Part shown: one piece after another, positions 1 through 10,223 of the stretch
Layout: the number at the start of each line of letters is the position of its first letter
Numbering within the stretch: the first letter of the stretch is position 1
Assembly: GCA_963770895.1 (NCBI GenBank)
Contig: CAVYRF010000002.1
Coordinates: forward strand, 4,256,001-4,320,000
DNA: 64,000 bases
From: an uncultured Acidobacteriota bacterium
GTDB taxonomy: Bacteria > Acidobacteriota > Thermoanaerobaculia > Multivoradales > UBA5704
Direction: 5' to 3'
Translations under genes and position numbers: made by a program
The notes under the pieces: model-generated
What the model saw: the letters and a program-made list of their open reading frames with translations, nothing else
What the model was told of the DNA's origin: nothing
Database searches by the model: none

Positions 1-652
1 CTGGACCGCCAGCGACCATGGCTGGCGGCGATGGTCGCCCGATGCGCTTGCCGCGGCGATAGCACGGATCGAGGGTGTGGTGTGGCCGGGGCGGGGCGAT
101 GCGGCCAGGGCGCCCAGCGAGCCGCCGGCTGGGCCTGGGCCGCAAGGTGGCAGCCTGACGGGCGACTTCCGCCTGTCGAGCAGCTCTGGTCAGGCGGGCG
201 ACCTCCATGCGGCGGCCAGGGGAACGCGGGTGCCGGGGCTTGGGGTGAGGCGGCAGATCGTGGTGGCGGGGACGCCCTTGGGGGAGGTGGGCGGGCGGTT
301 GATTGCGGCGTGGGCGACGATCGCGGGCGCGGCGCTGGTGTTGGATGCCGATCCGGGGCGGCGGCGGGGCACGATGGTGTGGGCGCGGCCGACGGCGCTG
401 TATGCGGACGCGGGGGAGCTTGCCTGGCTGCGGCGGGAGGCGGCCGGCGGCGCTGAGGGGCGCCGGCGGCGGCAGCGGTTTGCGCCGGGGGCGGGCCAGC
501 CGCGGCGGCCCTTTGATCGGCTGCGCACGGTGTTCCAGGCGGGGGCTCCCGATCCGGACGACGTGGCCTTCTGGGAGGAGCGCGGGGCGCGGCTCTTGCA
601 GCTTCCCGGCCTGGACGGTGGCAGCCCGGTCGCGCCGGCCCAGGCATGGTAG
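1..652 (+). CDS. Partial (5'-truncated) hypothetical protein, possibly a degenerate AMP-binding/ANL-like domain
   Basis: Frame is open from base 2 (WTASDHGWRRWS...) to TAG at 650-652. The C-terminus (WARPTALY...RPFDRLRTVFQAG...FWEERGARLLQL) loosely resembles acyl-CoA synthetase segments, and the gene lies upstream of a thiolase. Confidence 0.4.
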   Translation, partial: WTASDHGWRRWSPDALAAAIARIEGVVWPGRGDAARAPSEPPAGPGPQGGSLTGDFRLSSSSGQAGDLHAAARGTRVPGLGVRRQIVVAGTPLGEVGGRLIAAWATIAGAALVLDADPGRRRGTMVWARPTALYADAGELAWLRREAAGGAEGRRRRQRFAPGAGQPRRPFDRLRTVFQAGAPDPDDVAFWEERGARLLQLPGLDGGSPVAPAQAW

Positions 653-686
653 TGGTATAAGAACGGGCGCGAGACAGGAGATGCCT

Positions 687-2192
687 ATGCCCGCTGACAG
701 CACCTCATCCGCGGCGCCGGGTTCCGGCCAGGCGGCGCCCTTGCAAGCTGCCGCGCCGCCGTTGCCGCTGCGGCCGGAAAACCACGCGTCGATTCTCGAA
801 GAGATCGGCGAGCGCGCCGATACGGTGTGGACCCACGCCGCCGCGGGGCGCTCCGGCAACGGATTCCACGAGCCGCTGACGATCACCGGCCGCGACCAGC
901 TCAAGGGCAGCCACGGCCGGATCGCCATCGTGGACGGGTGCCGCACGCCGTTCATCAAGTCCGGCACGCTGTTCCAGGACATGGACGTGGTGGACCTGGC
1001 GGGCGCCGCCACCGCCGAGCTGATCGAGCGCACGGCGGTCGATCCGGCCGAGATCGGGCTTTCGGTGTTCGGCGTGGTGGTGCCGGCGCTGCATGCGCCC
1101 AACCTCGGACGCGAGGTGGTGTTTCGCTCGTCGTTGCCGATGAGCGTGCCGGGGGTCACCGTCAACCTCGCGTGCGCATCTTCGACCCGCGCCATCACCT
1201 TCGTCGCCGAAGCGATGCTAACCGGCGAATGCGAGGTGGCGCTGGCCGGCGGCGCGGAGTCGTTGAGCAACGTGCCGATCCAGTTTTCGCGCCGCGCCTC
1301 GCGTGCCTTCATGGAGCTGAGCAAGGCGCGCACGGTCAGCCAGCGGCTGGCGGTGCTGAGCAAGCTGCGGCCCAAGGACCTGGCGCCGGTGGCGCCGGCG
1401 ATCGCCGAATACACCACCGGCCAGAGCATGGGCGAATCGGCGGAAAAGATGGCGAAGGAAAACGACATCTCCCGCCGGGCCCAGGACGAGATCGCCCTGA
1501 TGTCGCACCAGCGCGCCGCGGCCGCGGCGGCCGACGGGCGCCTGGCCGCCCAGATCGCGCCGGCGTTTCCGCCGCCGCGCTACGACAAGGCGGCGAACCA
1601 CGACAACGGCGTGCGCGCCGATACTTCGTTTGAGGCCCTGGCCAAGCTGAAGCCGGTGTTCGACCGCCGCTACGGCACGCTCACCGCCGGCAACTCGAGC
1701 CCGCTGACCGACGGCGGCTCGGCGGTGCTGATGATGACGGAAGAGCGGGCCAAGGCGCTGGGCTACCAGCCGCTCGGCTACCTGCGCTCCTATGCGTACG
1801 CGGCGGTCAACCCGCGCGAGCAGCTGCTGCAGGGGCCGGCCTACGCCGCGCCGGCAGCCCTGGACGCCGCCGGCCTCAAGCTGCAGGACATCGACCTGGT
1901 GGAAATGCACGAGGCGTTTGCGGCGCAGATCGTCTCCAACATGAAGGCGTTCGCGTCGGCCAAGTTCGCGCGCGAGGAGCTGGGGCGCAGCGCCGCGATG
2001 GGGCAGATCGACCTGGACCGCTTCAACGTCACCGGCGGCTCCATCTCCATCGGCCATCCCTTTGGCGCCACCGGCGCCCGCGTCGTCATGCAGCTCCTCT
2101 ACGAGCTGCGCCGGCGCGGCCAGAACCTGGGCCTGCTGACCGTCTGCGCCGCCGGCGGCGTCGGCCTGGCCATGGTCGTCGAGCGCGACTGA
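687..2192 (+). CDS. fadI: Acetyl-CoA C-acyltransferase (3-ketoacyl-CoA thiolase, FadI type)
   Basis: Thiolase motifs VDGCRTPF, NLACASS (nucleophile Cys), GNSSPLTDG, EMHEAFAAQ, GHPFGATG, CAAGG. RBS CAGGAG precedes ATG 681/687. Confidence 0.9.
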   Translation: MPADSTSSAAPGSGQAAPLQAAAPPLPLRPENHASILEEIGERADTVWTHAAAGRSGNGFHEPLTITGRDQLKGSHGRIAIVDGCRTPFIKSGTLFQDMDVVDLAGAATAELIERTAVDPAEIGLSVFGVVVPALHAPNLGREVVFRSSLPMSVPGVTVNLACASSTRAITFVAEAMLTGECEVALAGGAESLSNVPIQFSRRASRAFMELSKARTVSQRLAVLSKLRPKDLAPVAPAIAEYTTGQSMGESAEKMAKENDISRRAQDEIALMSHQRAAAAAADGRLAAQIAPAFPPPRYDKAANHDNGVRADTSFEALAKLKPVFDRRYGTLTAGNSSPLTDGGSAVLMMTEERAKALGYQPLGYLRSYAYAAVNPREQLLQGPAYAAPAALDAAGLKLQDIDLVEMHEAFAAQIVSNMKAFASAKFAREELGRSAAMGQIDLDRFNVTGGSISIGHPFGATGARVVMQLLYELRRRGQNLGLLTVCAAGGVGLAMVVERD

Positions 2193-2198
2193 CCCCCG

Positions 2199-3185
2199 TC
2201 AGCGCGCGCCGGCGGGGGGTGCGCCGGGTTTGGGCGCCGGGGTGGCGGCGGCGGTCGGGGCTTCGGTGAAGCGGGTGTCGTCGATGGGCGGATTGTTTTC
2301 GATCTGGGTGAAGACGATGTGGTTTTTCTGGTTGCTGCCCTGCATCCACGACGCGATCTTGAATGCGTACTGGACGCCGCCGACGTCGCGATAGTCGCTG
2401 TAGCTCGATTCGAAGACGACCAGCTTGTGATTGATCGTGCGCGCGCCTTCCCAATGGATGGGCAGGAACGTCGTGGCGTCGATGTCGTAATAGAACACGT
2501 CGCCGTTGAGCAGGATGATCTTGACGCGGTAGGCGGTGGCGCCGTCGACCGTCTCCTTGGCGAGCAGGTCGGCGTGGCCCTTGACGTCGGTATCGATCAA
2601 CGCGCCGGCGAAGTCGAAATCGGATTCGTTGTGGATGTTGTGCAGGTCGTCGGCGGTCAACGGCTCCGCATTCTTGGACATGGGCTGCATCTGCCAGCCG
2701 TGCAGACCGTCGTAGGCGCGGATCAGCTTGGACCCCGGCAGGTCGATCTCCATCCGCATGCTGCGCGGCCGTTTGTGCTCGACGATGAACGGCCAGGTGG
2801 TCCCCGCTTCGAGCGAGATGCTGCCGGTTTCGCGCCGCGTCTGCACCGCGTGCAGCTTTTGGATGCCGCCGCGCGCCTGCACCGATTTTGCCAGGATGTC
2901 GCGGATGCTCATGCCGTCGAGCTTGGCCACAGGCCTGACGGCCGGCGCGGGCGCCGCCGCTTGCGGCTGGCCGGCGCCGGGCTGGCCCGCGGCCGGCGGC
3001 GCCGTGGGAGCCTGCGCCGCCGCGGGCGGCGCTGCCGCGCCTTGGATGGCGCCGGCGGGTGCGGCGCAGGCCACAAGGACCGACACGCCCACCGCCGCGG
3101 CGGCCGCACAGCGCAAAGCCGTTGCTTGAACCTGGCGAGTGGCGGCGCGGTAGCGCGGCCACGGATTCCCGTTCGTTCTGGTCAC
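2199..3185 (-). CDS. Exported LolA-like / lipoprotein-sorting-fold protein
   Basis: AGGAG RBS before GTG 3185, signal-like hydrophobic stretch and Ala/Pro linker. Domain runs ILAKSVQARGG...KRPRSMRMEI...YYDIDATTFLP...YSDYRDVGGV...NPPIDDTRF, typical of this family. Confidence 0.65.
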   Translation of the reverse strand: MTRTNGNPWPRYRAATRQVQATALRCAAAAAVGVSVLVACAAPAGAIQGAAAPPAAAQAPTAPPAAGQPGAGQPQAAAPAPAVRPVAKLDGMSIRDILAKSVQARGGIQKLHAVQTRRETGSISLEAGTTWPFIVEHKRPRSMRMEIDLPGSKLIRAYDGLHGWQMQPMSKNAEPLTADDLHNIHNESDFDFAGALIDTDVKGHADLLAKETVDGATAYRVKIILLNGDVFYYDIDATTFLPIHWEGARTINHKLVVFESSYSDYRDVGGVQYAFKIASWMQGSNQKNHIVFTQIENNPPIDDTRFTEAPTAAATPAPKPGAPPAGAR

Positions 3186-3350
3186 AGGGTCTCTCCTAGA
3201 ATCCGACCATATCCAAATTGATCCGACGTTGGGGTTGCCTCACCGATCACCGATCGGAAGTCTAACATCGGAGGTTCGCAAGGTGCGGTGCGGCCGCTGC
3301 CCGCGCGCGGCGAGGCAAGAACCCGCGAAGAAACCTGGTCTAGCGGGGCA

Positions 3351-4400
3351 CTAACGCGCGGCGACGACGATGGCGTCGAAGCCTGATGCGGAAAGATCGC
3401 GGCGCACCGCTTCGGCCTGATCGCGCTCGCCGAAGATGCCGATTTGCACGCGGTTCCAGGTTCCGTCCGAGGTGACCGCCACGGCGGGGTAGCGCGCGGC
3501 AAGGCTCTGCTGGAGAGCGGTAGCGCGTTCGATCTGGCCGAAGGCGCCCACCTGCACGGTGAAGTGCATACCCGCGGTAAATCCGCCAGCGCCCCGCTCG
3601 CCGCCGCTCCGGCTGGCTGCGCCGGCCGCAGCCGCCGCGATCCGGCCAGGAGCCGGGCGATCGACGGGTTCCAGGGTTTCCATGGGGTCGGCGGTCTGGC
3701 CGGCTTGGGTGTCCAGGGGCTCTGCCATGGGCGCCGCGTCGCCGCGTTGCGGCGTTTGCCCGGCCGTCGCGGGCTGGGCAGGGTCGCGCCAGCCGTCGCG
3801 GGCGTCGCCGCCCGCGGCCGGGGAGGTGGCTGGTTGCGCCGTGCTCAGCGCGGCGATGCGCCCGGCCGCGCCTGCCGGTGCCGCGATCGATGCGGTCGCG
3901 GCGGGCGGCGGCGCAGGCTCAGCGGCGGCGACCAGGAAGGGGCCGGGCTGCGGGGGCGGCATGTCGTAGCGGCTGACCAGGGCGAGCTCGACTTCGCCGG
4001 TGCCGGTGCCCACGATGTCCAGCTGGCGGGCGGCGGCGTAGGAGAGGTCGATGATGCGGCGGCGGCCGAACGGGCCGCGATCGTTGATCCGCACCACGAC
4101 CTGGCGGCCGTTGCGCCGGTTGGTGACCTGCACGAGCGTGCCGAAGGGGAGCGTCGGGTGCGCCGCGGTCAGCGCGTGCATGTCGTAGCGCTCGCCGCTG
4201 GCGGTGCGACGGCCGTTGAATTTGGGTCCGTACCAGGAGGCCATGCCGCTGGCGATGACGGGGCCGGCGGCGGTGCTCCCCGGCGTGGCCGGATGGTGGT
4301 TGCCCGAACAGGCTGCCGACACCAGCGCCGCCGAGGCGAGCAGCGCGGCAAGGCCGGCGCGGCTGCGGCAGGGGGCGGCGCGGCGCCACCGCCGGGACAT
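3351..4400 (-). CDS. rlpA: Septal ring lytic transglycosylase RlpA family lipoprotein with C-terminal SPOR domain
   Basis: GMASWYG, TASGERYDMHALTAAHPTLPFGT, VRINDRGPF, IIDLSYAAA; SPOR-like FTVQVGAF...RVQIG; lipobox-like VSAAC. Start uncertain (4400 or 4556). Confidence 0.9.
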   Translation of the reverse strand: MSRRWRRAAPCRSRAGLAALLASAALVSAACSGNHHPATPGSTAAGPVIASGMASWYGPKFNGRRTASGERYDMHALTAAHPTLPFGTLVQVTNRRNGRQVVVRINDRGPFGRRRIIDLSYAAARQLDIVGTGTGEVELALVSRYDMPPPQPGPFLVAAAEPAPPPAATASIAAPAGAAGRIAALSTAQPATSPAAGGDARDGWRDPAQPATAGQTPQRGDAAPMAEPLDTQAGQTADPMETLEPVDRPAPGRIAAAAAGAASRSGGERGAGGFTAGMHFTVQVGAFGQIERATALQQSLAARYPAVAVTSDGTWNRVQIGIFGERDQAEAVRRDLSASGFDAIVVAAR

Positions 4401-4687
4401 CAGCCGCGGATCGGGATCGGCGCTGGCAGCGCGATTGCAGGTGCGATTGTCGTCGTTGGGGTGGTGGAGAGAGCGGTCTGGTGCGCCGGAAGGTGGCGGG
4501 AGCGGGAGCCAGCTTGCGCAGGCTGCGGCAAAGTCGGAAGGGTGGTTTTGCTCCATCGCTTCACACCGGCGTCTGCCCCGGGGTTTGCACCCTCGGCAGG
4601 CTCACGCACTTCGCTTGTTCTTGCGCTGACGCGCCAGAAGACCGCGCCATGGTAGCACGGCCCGGCTTTCAGCTCTACATCAGAACA

Positions 4688-6112
4688 TCAGATGCGCGGT
4701 TCGTATCCGGCGACGATCGCGGCGCCTTCCAGCGCCGGCTCGACTTCGTCGGCCAGAAACTCGTCGACCTGCTGCGCGGCGCGGCCGGTGAAGGCGACCG
4801 GATCCAGGCATCCTTCGGCGTCGGCGAGGTCCAGGTGGAAATCGGGGTCGGCGGCGATGCGGCCGATCAGCGGGTTGTCTTCGCCGCGCGCCACCGCCGC
4901 CTGGGCTTCGAAGCTGTAGACGCGGATGCGCTCGTGCAGCTGCTGGCGGTCGCCGCCGCGCAGCGCCGCCTGCATGAGCAGCGTTTCGGTCGCCATGAAC
5001 GGCAGCTCGCGGGCGACGCGCGCCTGTACCGCGTCCTGCCGCACCACCAGGCCGCCGGCGATGTGCCCGGCCAGGCCCAGCACGGCGTCGGCGGCGAGGA
5101 ACGAATCGGCCAGCACCAGGCGCCGGTTCGCCGAGTCGTCCAGGCTGCGCTCCAGCCACTGCGTGGCGGCGTTGAGCGGCCCGTTCAGGCTGTCGGTGAT
5201 GATGCGCCGCGCCAGCGCGCACATGCGCTCGGACCGCACCGGATTGCGCTTGTAGGCCATGGCGGAGGAGCCGACCTGGTCTTCGTCAAACGGTTCGGCC
5301 AGCTCGCCCATCCCTTGCAACAGCCGCACGTCGGTGCCCAGCTTGTGGCAGCTTTCGGCGATGCCGGCCAGGGCGCTCAGCACCTGGCTGTCCTGCTTGC
5401 GCGGGTAGGTCTGGCCGGTGACCGGGAAGGTCGCGGCGAAGCCCAGCCGCACGGCGAGCCGGCGGTCCAGCTCGCGCACCTTGGCCGAGTCGCCTCCGAA
5501 CAGCGTCAGAAAGCTGGCCTGGGTGCCGGTCGTCCCCTTGACGCCGCGGCAGCGCAGCGTCGCCAGGCGGTGCCGCACTTCGGCCAGGTCGATCATCAGG
5601 TCCTGCAGCCACAGGCAGGCGCGTTTGCCGACCGTCGTCAGCTGTGCCGGTTGCAGGTGCGTGTAGGCCAAGGTCGGCAGGGCGCGCGTGCGGCGGGCGA
5701 AGGCGGCGAGCGCGGCGGCGGCGGCGGCGAGGCGGCCGGCGAGCAGCTGCAACGCTTCGCGGATCAGCAGCACGTCGGCGTTGTCGGTGATGTAGGCGCT
5801 GGTGGCGCCCAGGTGGAGGATGCCGCCGGCCTCGCCGGCCTGTTCCGCGAAGTGGCGCAGGTGGGCCATCACGTCGTGGCGAGTGCGGCGCTCGATTTCG
5901 GCGACGCGCCCGAGGTCGATCACGGGCGCCGCCCGCCGCAAGCTTTCGATCTGCTCGGCGGAGATCGGCAGTCCCAGGTCGCGCTCGGTTTCAGCCAGCG
6001 CGATCCACAGCTGGCGCCACAGGCGAAAACGGTTCTCGGCCGCGAACAGCCGGGCCATCTCGGGTGAGGCGTAGCGCTCGTATAGCGGGTTTTGCGGCGT
6101 GTCGGCGGCCAT
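4688..6112 (-). CDS. purB: Adenylosuccinate lyase
   Basis: NPLYERYAS, TRHDVMAH, HLGATS, YTHLQPAQ, GVKGTTGTQASF, signature GSSAMAYKRNP. Confidence 0.95.
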   Translation of the reverse strand: MAADTPQNPLYERYASPEMARLFAAENRFRLWRQLWIALAETERDLGLPISAEQIESLRRAAPVIDLGRVAEIERRTRHDVMAHLRHFAEQAGEAGGILHLGATSAYITDNADVLLIREALQLLAGRLAAAAAALAAFARRTRALPTLAYTHLQPAQLTTVGKRACLWLQDLMIDLAEVRHRLATLRCRGVKGTTGTQASFLTLFGGDSAKVRELDRRLAVRLGFAATFPVTGQTYPRKQDSQVLSALAGIAESCHKLGTDVRLLQGMGELAEPFDEDQVGSSAMAYKRNPVRSERMCALARRIITDSLNGPLNAATQWLERSLDDSANRRLVLADSFLAADAVLGLAGHIAGGLVVRQDAVQARVARELPFMATETLLMQAALRGGDRQQLHERIRVYSFEAQAAVARGEDNPLIGRIAADPDFHLDLADAEGCLDPVAFTGRAAQQVDEFLADEVEPALEGAAIVAGYEPRI

Positions 6113-6155
6113 GAGTGGAGCTTAGTTTACAACAGCCGGCCGGTGCCTCCGGACG

Positions 6156-7400
6156 TCAGGGCGTGAACACCACGGGGGTGCCGGGCCGCACCAGGCTCGC
6201 CACCGTCAGGGCGTCCCAGTTGGTGAGCCTCACGCAACCGTGGGAAAAGCCGGTGCCGATGGAGGCGGGGTTCGGCGTGCCGTGGATGCCATAATGATCC
6301 TTCGACAGGTCGATCCACACGACGCCGACGGGATTGTTGGGTCCGGCGGCGAGCGTCGCCTTGGAGTCGGCGGGATTGCCATTCCAAAACAGCGCCGGAT
6401 CGTAGTGGAACACCGGGTTGCGCACCACGCTGCGTACCTTCCAGGTGCCCAGCGGCAGCGGGTCGTGCTCGCTGCCCGCCGACACCGGCGCGAAGAACAG
6501 CGGCCGGCCGCCGCTGGTGACGGTCAGCTCCTTCTGCGACTTGGAAACCGTGATCTGCAAGTCGGCGGCTGTCACCTTGGTGGCGCCGCCCCAGGCGACC
6601 AGGCGGATGTTCGGTACGCGGATGGTCTCGCCGGCGGCAAAGCTGGCATTGGGGTTGAGCTGGCGCAGGAGCTTTTCGCCGCAGTGGAACCGTTCGCCCA
6701 GCATCTCCATGAGCGACGCGTAGCCCAGCGCCGGCAGGCTGGCCTGCTCTTCGAGCTTGGGCGGAATCTGGTAGAACGGCCCGGCGGCGTCCGCCGGGGT
6801 GATCGTGTACATCGCGACCGGGCCGCCGCCGCTTGCCGACAGCAGGGTGTCCCAGGTCGCGCGATCGATCTCGCTGGTCACCGGCAGCGCATGAGTCTGC
6901 TGGAACGCCGCCACCGCCTTGCGCGAGTTCTCACCCCAGCTGCCGTCGATCACCCCCGGCGAATAGCCGATCCGATCCAGCAGGATCTGCGGATCGGCCG
7001 GCGGCGGCGGAAACGGCGCCGCGTCGACCACGCCGGGAGCGCCGGCTGACCCTGCGGCCCCGGAGGCCCCGGAGATTGACGGCGCCGCGCCCGGATTGAC
7101 GGCTCCCGAAGGCGCGGGCGGCGCGCCGGCCGGCTGGCCCTGCGCCTGCGGCGCCAGGGGACCGGCGGGCGGCTGCGCCGGCGGCGGTGCGGCCGGTGCG
7201 GGTGCCGGCGCAGCGGGCGGTGCCTGCCGGCCTGCCTGTGCCGCGCGCGCCGCCTGCGCCGGTGGCGCCGCCGGCGAGAAACCAGGGCGCACGGCCGCCT
7301 CGCCGTGGCGAGAGGCCAAGCTGAACAGGATCGGTACGACAGCGATCGCAAGCAGACGGCGGCTGGGCATTCGAGAGTCTCCCTCACGGACCTTCGACAT
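6156..7400 (-). CDS. L,D-transpeptidase with peptidoglycan-binding domain
   Basis: Signal peptide and Pro/Ala linker; PG-binding GYSPGVIDGSWGENSRKAVAAFQ; YkuD motif YGIHGT...SHGCVRL. Confidence 0.9.
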   Translation of the reverse strand: MSKVREGDSRMPSRRLLAIAVVPILFSLASRHGEAAVRPGFSPAAPPAQAARAAQAGRQAPPAAPAPAPAAPPPAQPPAGPLAPQAQGQPAGAPPAPSGAVNPGAAPSISGASGAAGSAGAPGVVDAAPFPPPPADPQILLDRIGYSPGVIDGSWGENSRKAVAAFQQTHALPVTSEIDRATWDTLLSASGGGPVAMYTITPADAAGPFYQIPPKLEEQASLPALGYASLMEMLGERFHCGEKLLRQLNPNASFAAGETIRVPNIRLVAWGGATKVTAADLQITVSKSQKELTVTSGGRPLFFAPVSAGSEHDPLPLGTWKVRSVVRNPVFHYDPALFWNGNPADSKATLAAGPNNPVGVVWIDLSKDHYGIHGTPNPASIGTGFSHGCVRLTNWDALTVASLVRPGTPVVFTP

Positions 7401-7573
7401 AGCGACCTACAAGAAGCGTGCCGTCGCCGGCGGGCCGCCGCTCCGGCAAGCCGCCGCCAGCCGCCAGGCCCTGGGAGTGCCGGGCGGCGCAATGCGCAAT
7501 GCGCGATCTGCTATATTCGCCTCCCGAGACAGGGTGGCGTTTCGGTACTCTCCCACTCCCTGAAAGAAAGACG

Positions 7574-8857
7574 ATGGCTACGCGAGTCGATTCTGAGATC
7601 GGGCGCCTGCGGCGCGTCCTCGTGCACCGGCCGGCGCGCGAGATCGACTGGATGGTGCCGTCGATGATGGAGCGCCTGCTGTTCGACGACATCCTGGACG
7701 GCAACGAGGCGCGCGAAGAGCACGCGATGTTCTGCGAAGTCCTGCGCCAGGCGGGCGCCCAGGTGCTGGACGCCCAGGACCTGCTGGCGCAGGTGCTGGA
7801 AGACCAGGCGGTGGCGGGCGCGCTGATCGACGAGCTGGAACGGGAATACGCCGCGCCCACCGCGGTGGTGCGGCAGCTGGCACAGCTGGCGCCGGCCCAC
7901 CTGGCGGCGACGCTGATCGAAGGCATCCGCCTGCCGCCCAATGCCGCCGACGGCGGGCGGCGCCAGTTCTTTTCGCTCAACCCGGTGCCCAACTATTTCT
8001 TCCAGCGCGATCCGCAGGTGGTGCTGGGCAACCGGCTGGTGGTTTCGTCGATGGCCACCGACGCGCGCGAGCGCGAGCCGCTCTTGGCGCAGACGCTCTT
8101 TGCCCACCACCCCTCGCTGGCCGACCTGGCTGCGACCTTCGAGATCGAGGTGCCGCCGTCGGGCGCGCCGCAGCACGATCCCAGCTTCCCCTATCCGACG
8201 CTCGAAGGCGGCGACGTGCTGGTGGTCAGCCCCGAGATCGTGCTGGTGGGGCTGAGCGAGCGCACCAACCGGCGCGGCGTGGAGACTCTTGCCGAATATC
8301 TGCGGCTGGAAGAGACCTCGTTCCGCCACATGATCGTCGTCGAGCTGCCGCACCGCCGGTCGTATATGCACCTGGACACGGTGTTCACCTTGATCGATCG
8401 CGATCTGTGCCTGGCGCACCTGCCGGTGGTCGAGCCCGGCGGTCCGGACTCGGCGCACGTCTATTCGGTCGATCTGTCCGCGCGCGAGCTGACCTTCACG
8501 CTGCGCTCCGGCCTGCTGCGGACGCTGGGCGACTTCGGCATCAAGCTGGACGTGGTGGCGTGCGGCGGCGCCCACGAAGCGATCGATCAGCAGCGCGAGC
8601 AGTGGACCGACGGCGCCAACGCCTTCGCCATGGCGCCGGGCCTGGTGCTGCTGTACGAGCGCAACCGCAAGACCATCGCCGAGCTGGGACGCCACGGTTT
8701 CCGCATCCTGCGCGGCGAAGACGTGGCCGCCGGCCGCCACGACCTGGCGAGCGGCGGCCGGGCGGTGGTGACGCTGTGGAGCAACGAGCTGTCGCGCGCC
8801 CGCGGCGGCCCGCGCTGCATGACGATGCCGCTCGAACGCGAGCGCGTCGACGCATGA
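7574..8857 (+). CDS. arcA: Arginine deiminase
   Basis: VDSEIGRLRRVLVHRP, LLFDDI, PNYFFQRDP, LEGGDV, MHLDTVFT, EQWTDGAN, ELSRARGGPRCMTMP. Confidence 0.93.
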   Translation: MATRVDSEIGRLRRVLVHRPAREIDWMVPSMMERLLFDDILDGNEAREEHAMFCEVLRQAGAQVLDAQDLLAQVLEDQAVAGALIDELEREYAAPTAVVRQLAQLAPAHLAATLIEGIRLPPNAADGGRRQFFSLNPVPNYFFQRDPQVVLGNRLVVSSMATDAREREPLLAQTLFAHHPSLADLAATFEIEVPPSGAPQHDPSFPYPTLEGGDVLVVSPEIVLVGLSERTNRRGVETLAEYLRLEETSFRHMIVVELPHRRSYMHLDTVFTLIDRDLCLAHLPVVEPGGPDSAHVYSVDLSARELTFTLRSGLLRTLGDFGIKLDVVACGGAHEAIDQQREQWTDGANAFAMAPGLVLLYERNRKTIAELGRHGFRILRGEDVAAGRHDLASGGRAVVTLWSNELSRARGGPRCMTMPLERERVDA

Positions 8858-8966
8858 GGCGCGGCCGCGTCCGGCGCCGGCCCCCTGGGCTGGGCGGCGC
8901 GGCTGAACAAAACCTTTTCTTTGCGTGTGCCGGTGCCTCCTGCGGAGCATCGGCCAAGGAGGCTTG

Positions 8967-9896
8967 ATGGTCCGTCACTTCATCTCGATCCATGAGCTTG
9001 ACGCGGCCGAAGTGGCCGGGCTGTTCCGGCTTGCCGCCGAAGTGAAGGCGGAGCCGCGGCGCTTCGGCGGCGCCCTCGCCGCCAAAAGCCTGGGGATGAT
9101 CTTCGAGAAGTCCTCCACCCGCACGCGGGTCAGCTTCGAAGTGGGCATGGTGCAGCTGGGCGGTCACGCCCTGTTCCTGTCCAGCCGCGACATCCAGCTG
9201 GGCCGCGGCGAGCCGATCGGCGACACGGCGCAGGTGCTGTCGCGCTACGTCGACGGCATCATGGCGCGCACCTTCGCCCACCAGACGGTGCTCGACCTGG
9301 CGCGCTACGGGTCGGTGCCGGTGATCAACGGCCTGACCGACGACCTGCACCCCTGCCAGGCGATGACCGACTACTTCACGCTGGGCGAGGTGTTCGGCGG
9401 CGACCTCAAGGGGCGCAAGATCGCCTACGTCGGCGACGGCAACAACATGGCCCATTCGCTGCTCTTCGGCGCCCCCAAGGTGGGCATGGACATCGCCGTC
9501 GCCTCTCCTGCGGGCTACACCGTCAAGCCGCACTATGTCGAGCTGGCGCGCGCCGACGCCGCGGCCGCCGGCACCCGGATCGAGATCACCGACGACCCGC
9601 GCGCCGCGGTCGCCGGCGCCTCCTGCGTCTACACCGACGTCTGGGCCTCGATGGGGCAGGAGGGCGAAGCGGCGGAGCGCCTGCGCGCCTTCCACGGCTT
9701 CCAGGTCGACGCCGCGCTGATGGCCGCCGCCCGCCCCGACGCGGTGTTCCTGCACTGCCTGCCTGCCCACCGCGGCGAAGAGGTAGCCGCGGAGGTTGCC
9801 GACGGGCCGCAGAGCCGCATCTTCGACGAAGCCGAAAACCGCCTGCACGTGCAAAAAGCCATCCTGCTGTGGCTGATGGCAGGCGTTGCGATCTGA
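8967..9896 (+). CDS. argF: Ornithine carbamoyltransferase (possibly the catabolic ArcB role, given arcA adjacency)
   Basis: SSTRTRVSFE, HPCQ, GDGNN, YTDVWASMG, FLHCLP, EAENRLH. RBS AAGGAGG before ATG 8967. Confidence 0.95.
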   Translation: MVRHFISIHELDAAEVAGLFRLAAEVKAEPRRFGGALAAKSLGMIFEKSSTRTRVSFEVGMVQLGGHALFLSSRDIQLGRGEPIGDTAQVLSRYVDGIMARTFAHQTVLDLARYGSVPVINGLTDDLHPCQAMTDYFTLGEVFGGDLKGRKIAYVGDGNNMAHSLLFGAPKVGMDIAVASPAGYTVKPHYVELARADAAAAGTRIEITDDPRAAVAGASCVYTDVWASMGQEGEAAERLRAFHGFQVDAALMAAARPDAVFLHCLPAHRGEEVAAEVADGPQSRIFDEAENRLHVQKAILLWLMAGVAI

Positions 9897-10185
9897 CGCG
9901 CACCGACGCAATTTGACGGACGCGCACGGTGTGCCCGGCTGTCCGGGCGTGCCGGCCCACGCCTGGAGAAGATTTCTCACTGGCGGTCCGCTGGAGCCGA
10001 AGAACTCGGAAAGGATGTTGCCAAAGCCAAATCCGTATGCAAGCACCCTGATGAGAGGAGCAATCTTCTCTGTGGTCCCGTCGCGCGGAAACGTCGACCA
10101 GAATGCCCCCAGCTCGGACCAGGCGAGGTGCTCGCCGATGTGCTCGCCGTGGGAGTTGACGCCCCAGTGTTCACATAGGCCACTA

Positions 10186-10215
10186 GTTCACAATTTGTGA
10201 ACGCCGATATAGAAT
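10186..10215 (+). promoter_or_regulatory. Sigma70-like promoter (TTCACA-17 bp-TAGAAT) overlapped by the palindrome GTTCACAA-T-TTGTGAAC; putative autoregulatory operator
   Basis: -35 at 10187-10192 and -10 at 10210-10215; perfect 8-bp inverted repeat at 10186-10202; extra half-site GTTCACAT at 10169-10176. ATG at 10224 implies a near-leaderless mRNA. Confidence 0.65.
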
Positions 10216-10223
10216 GAACGGCA

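Noticed and set aside
9930-10180. Protein-like minus-strand stretch (...LAWSELGAFWSTFPRDGTTEKIAPLIRVLAYGFGFGNILSEFF...)
   Set aside because: May be a gene remnant at the island edge, but there is no recognisable family, credible start or independent stop.
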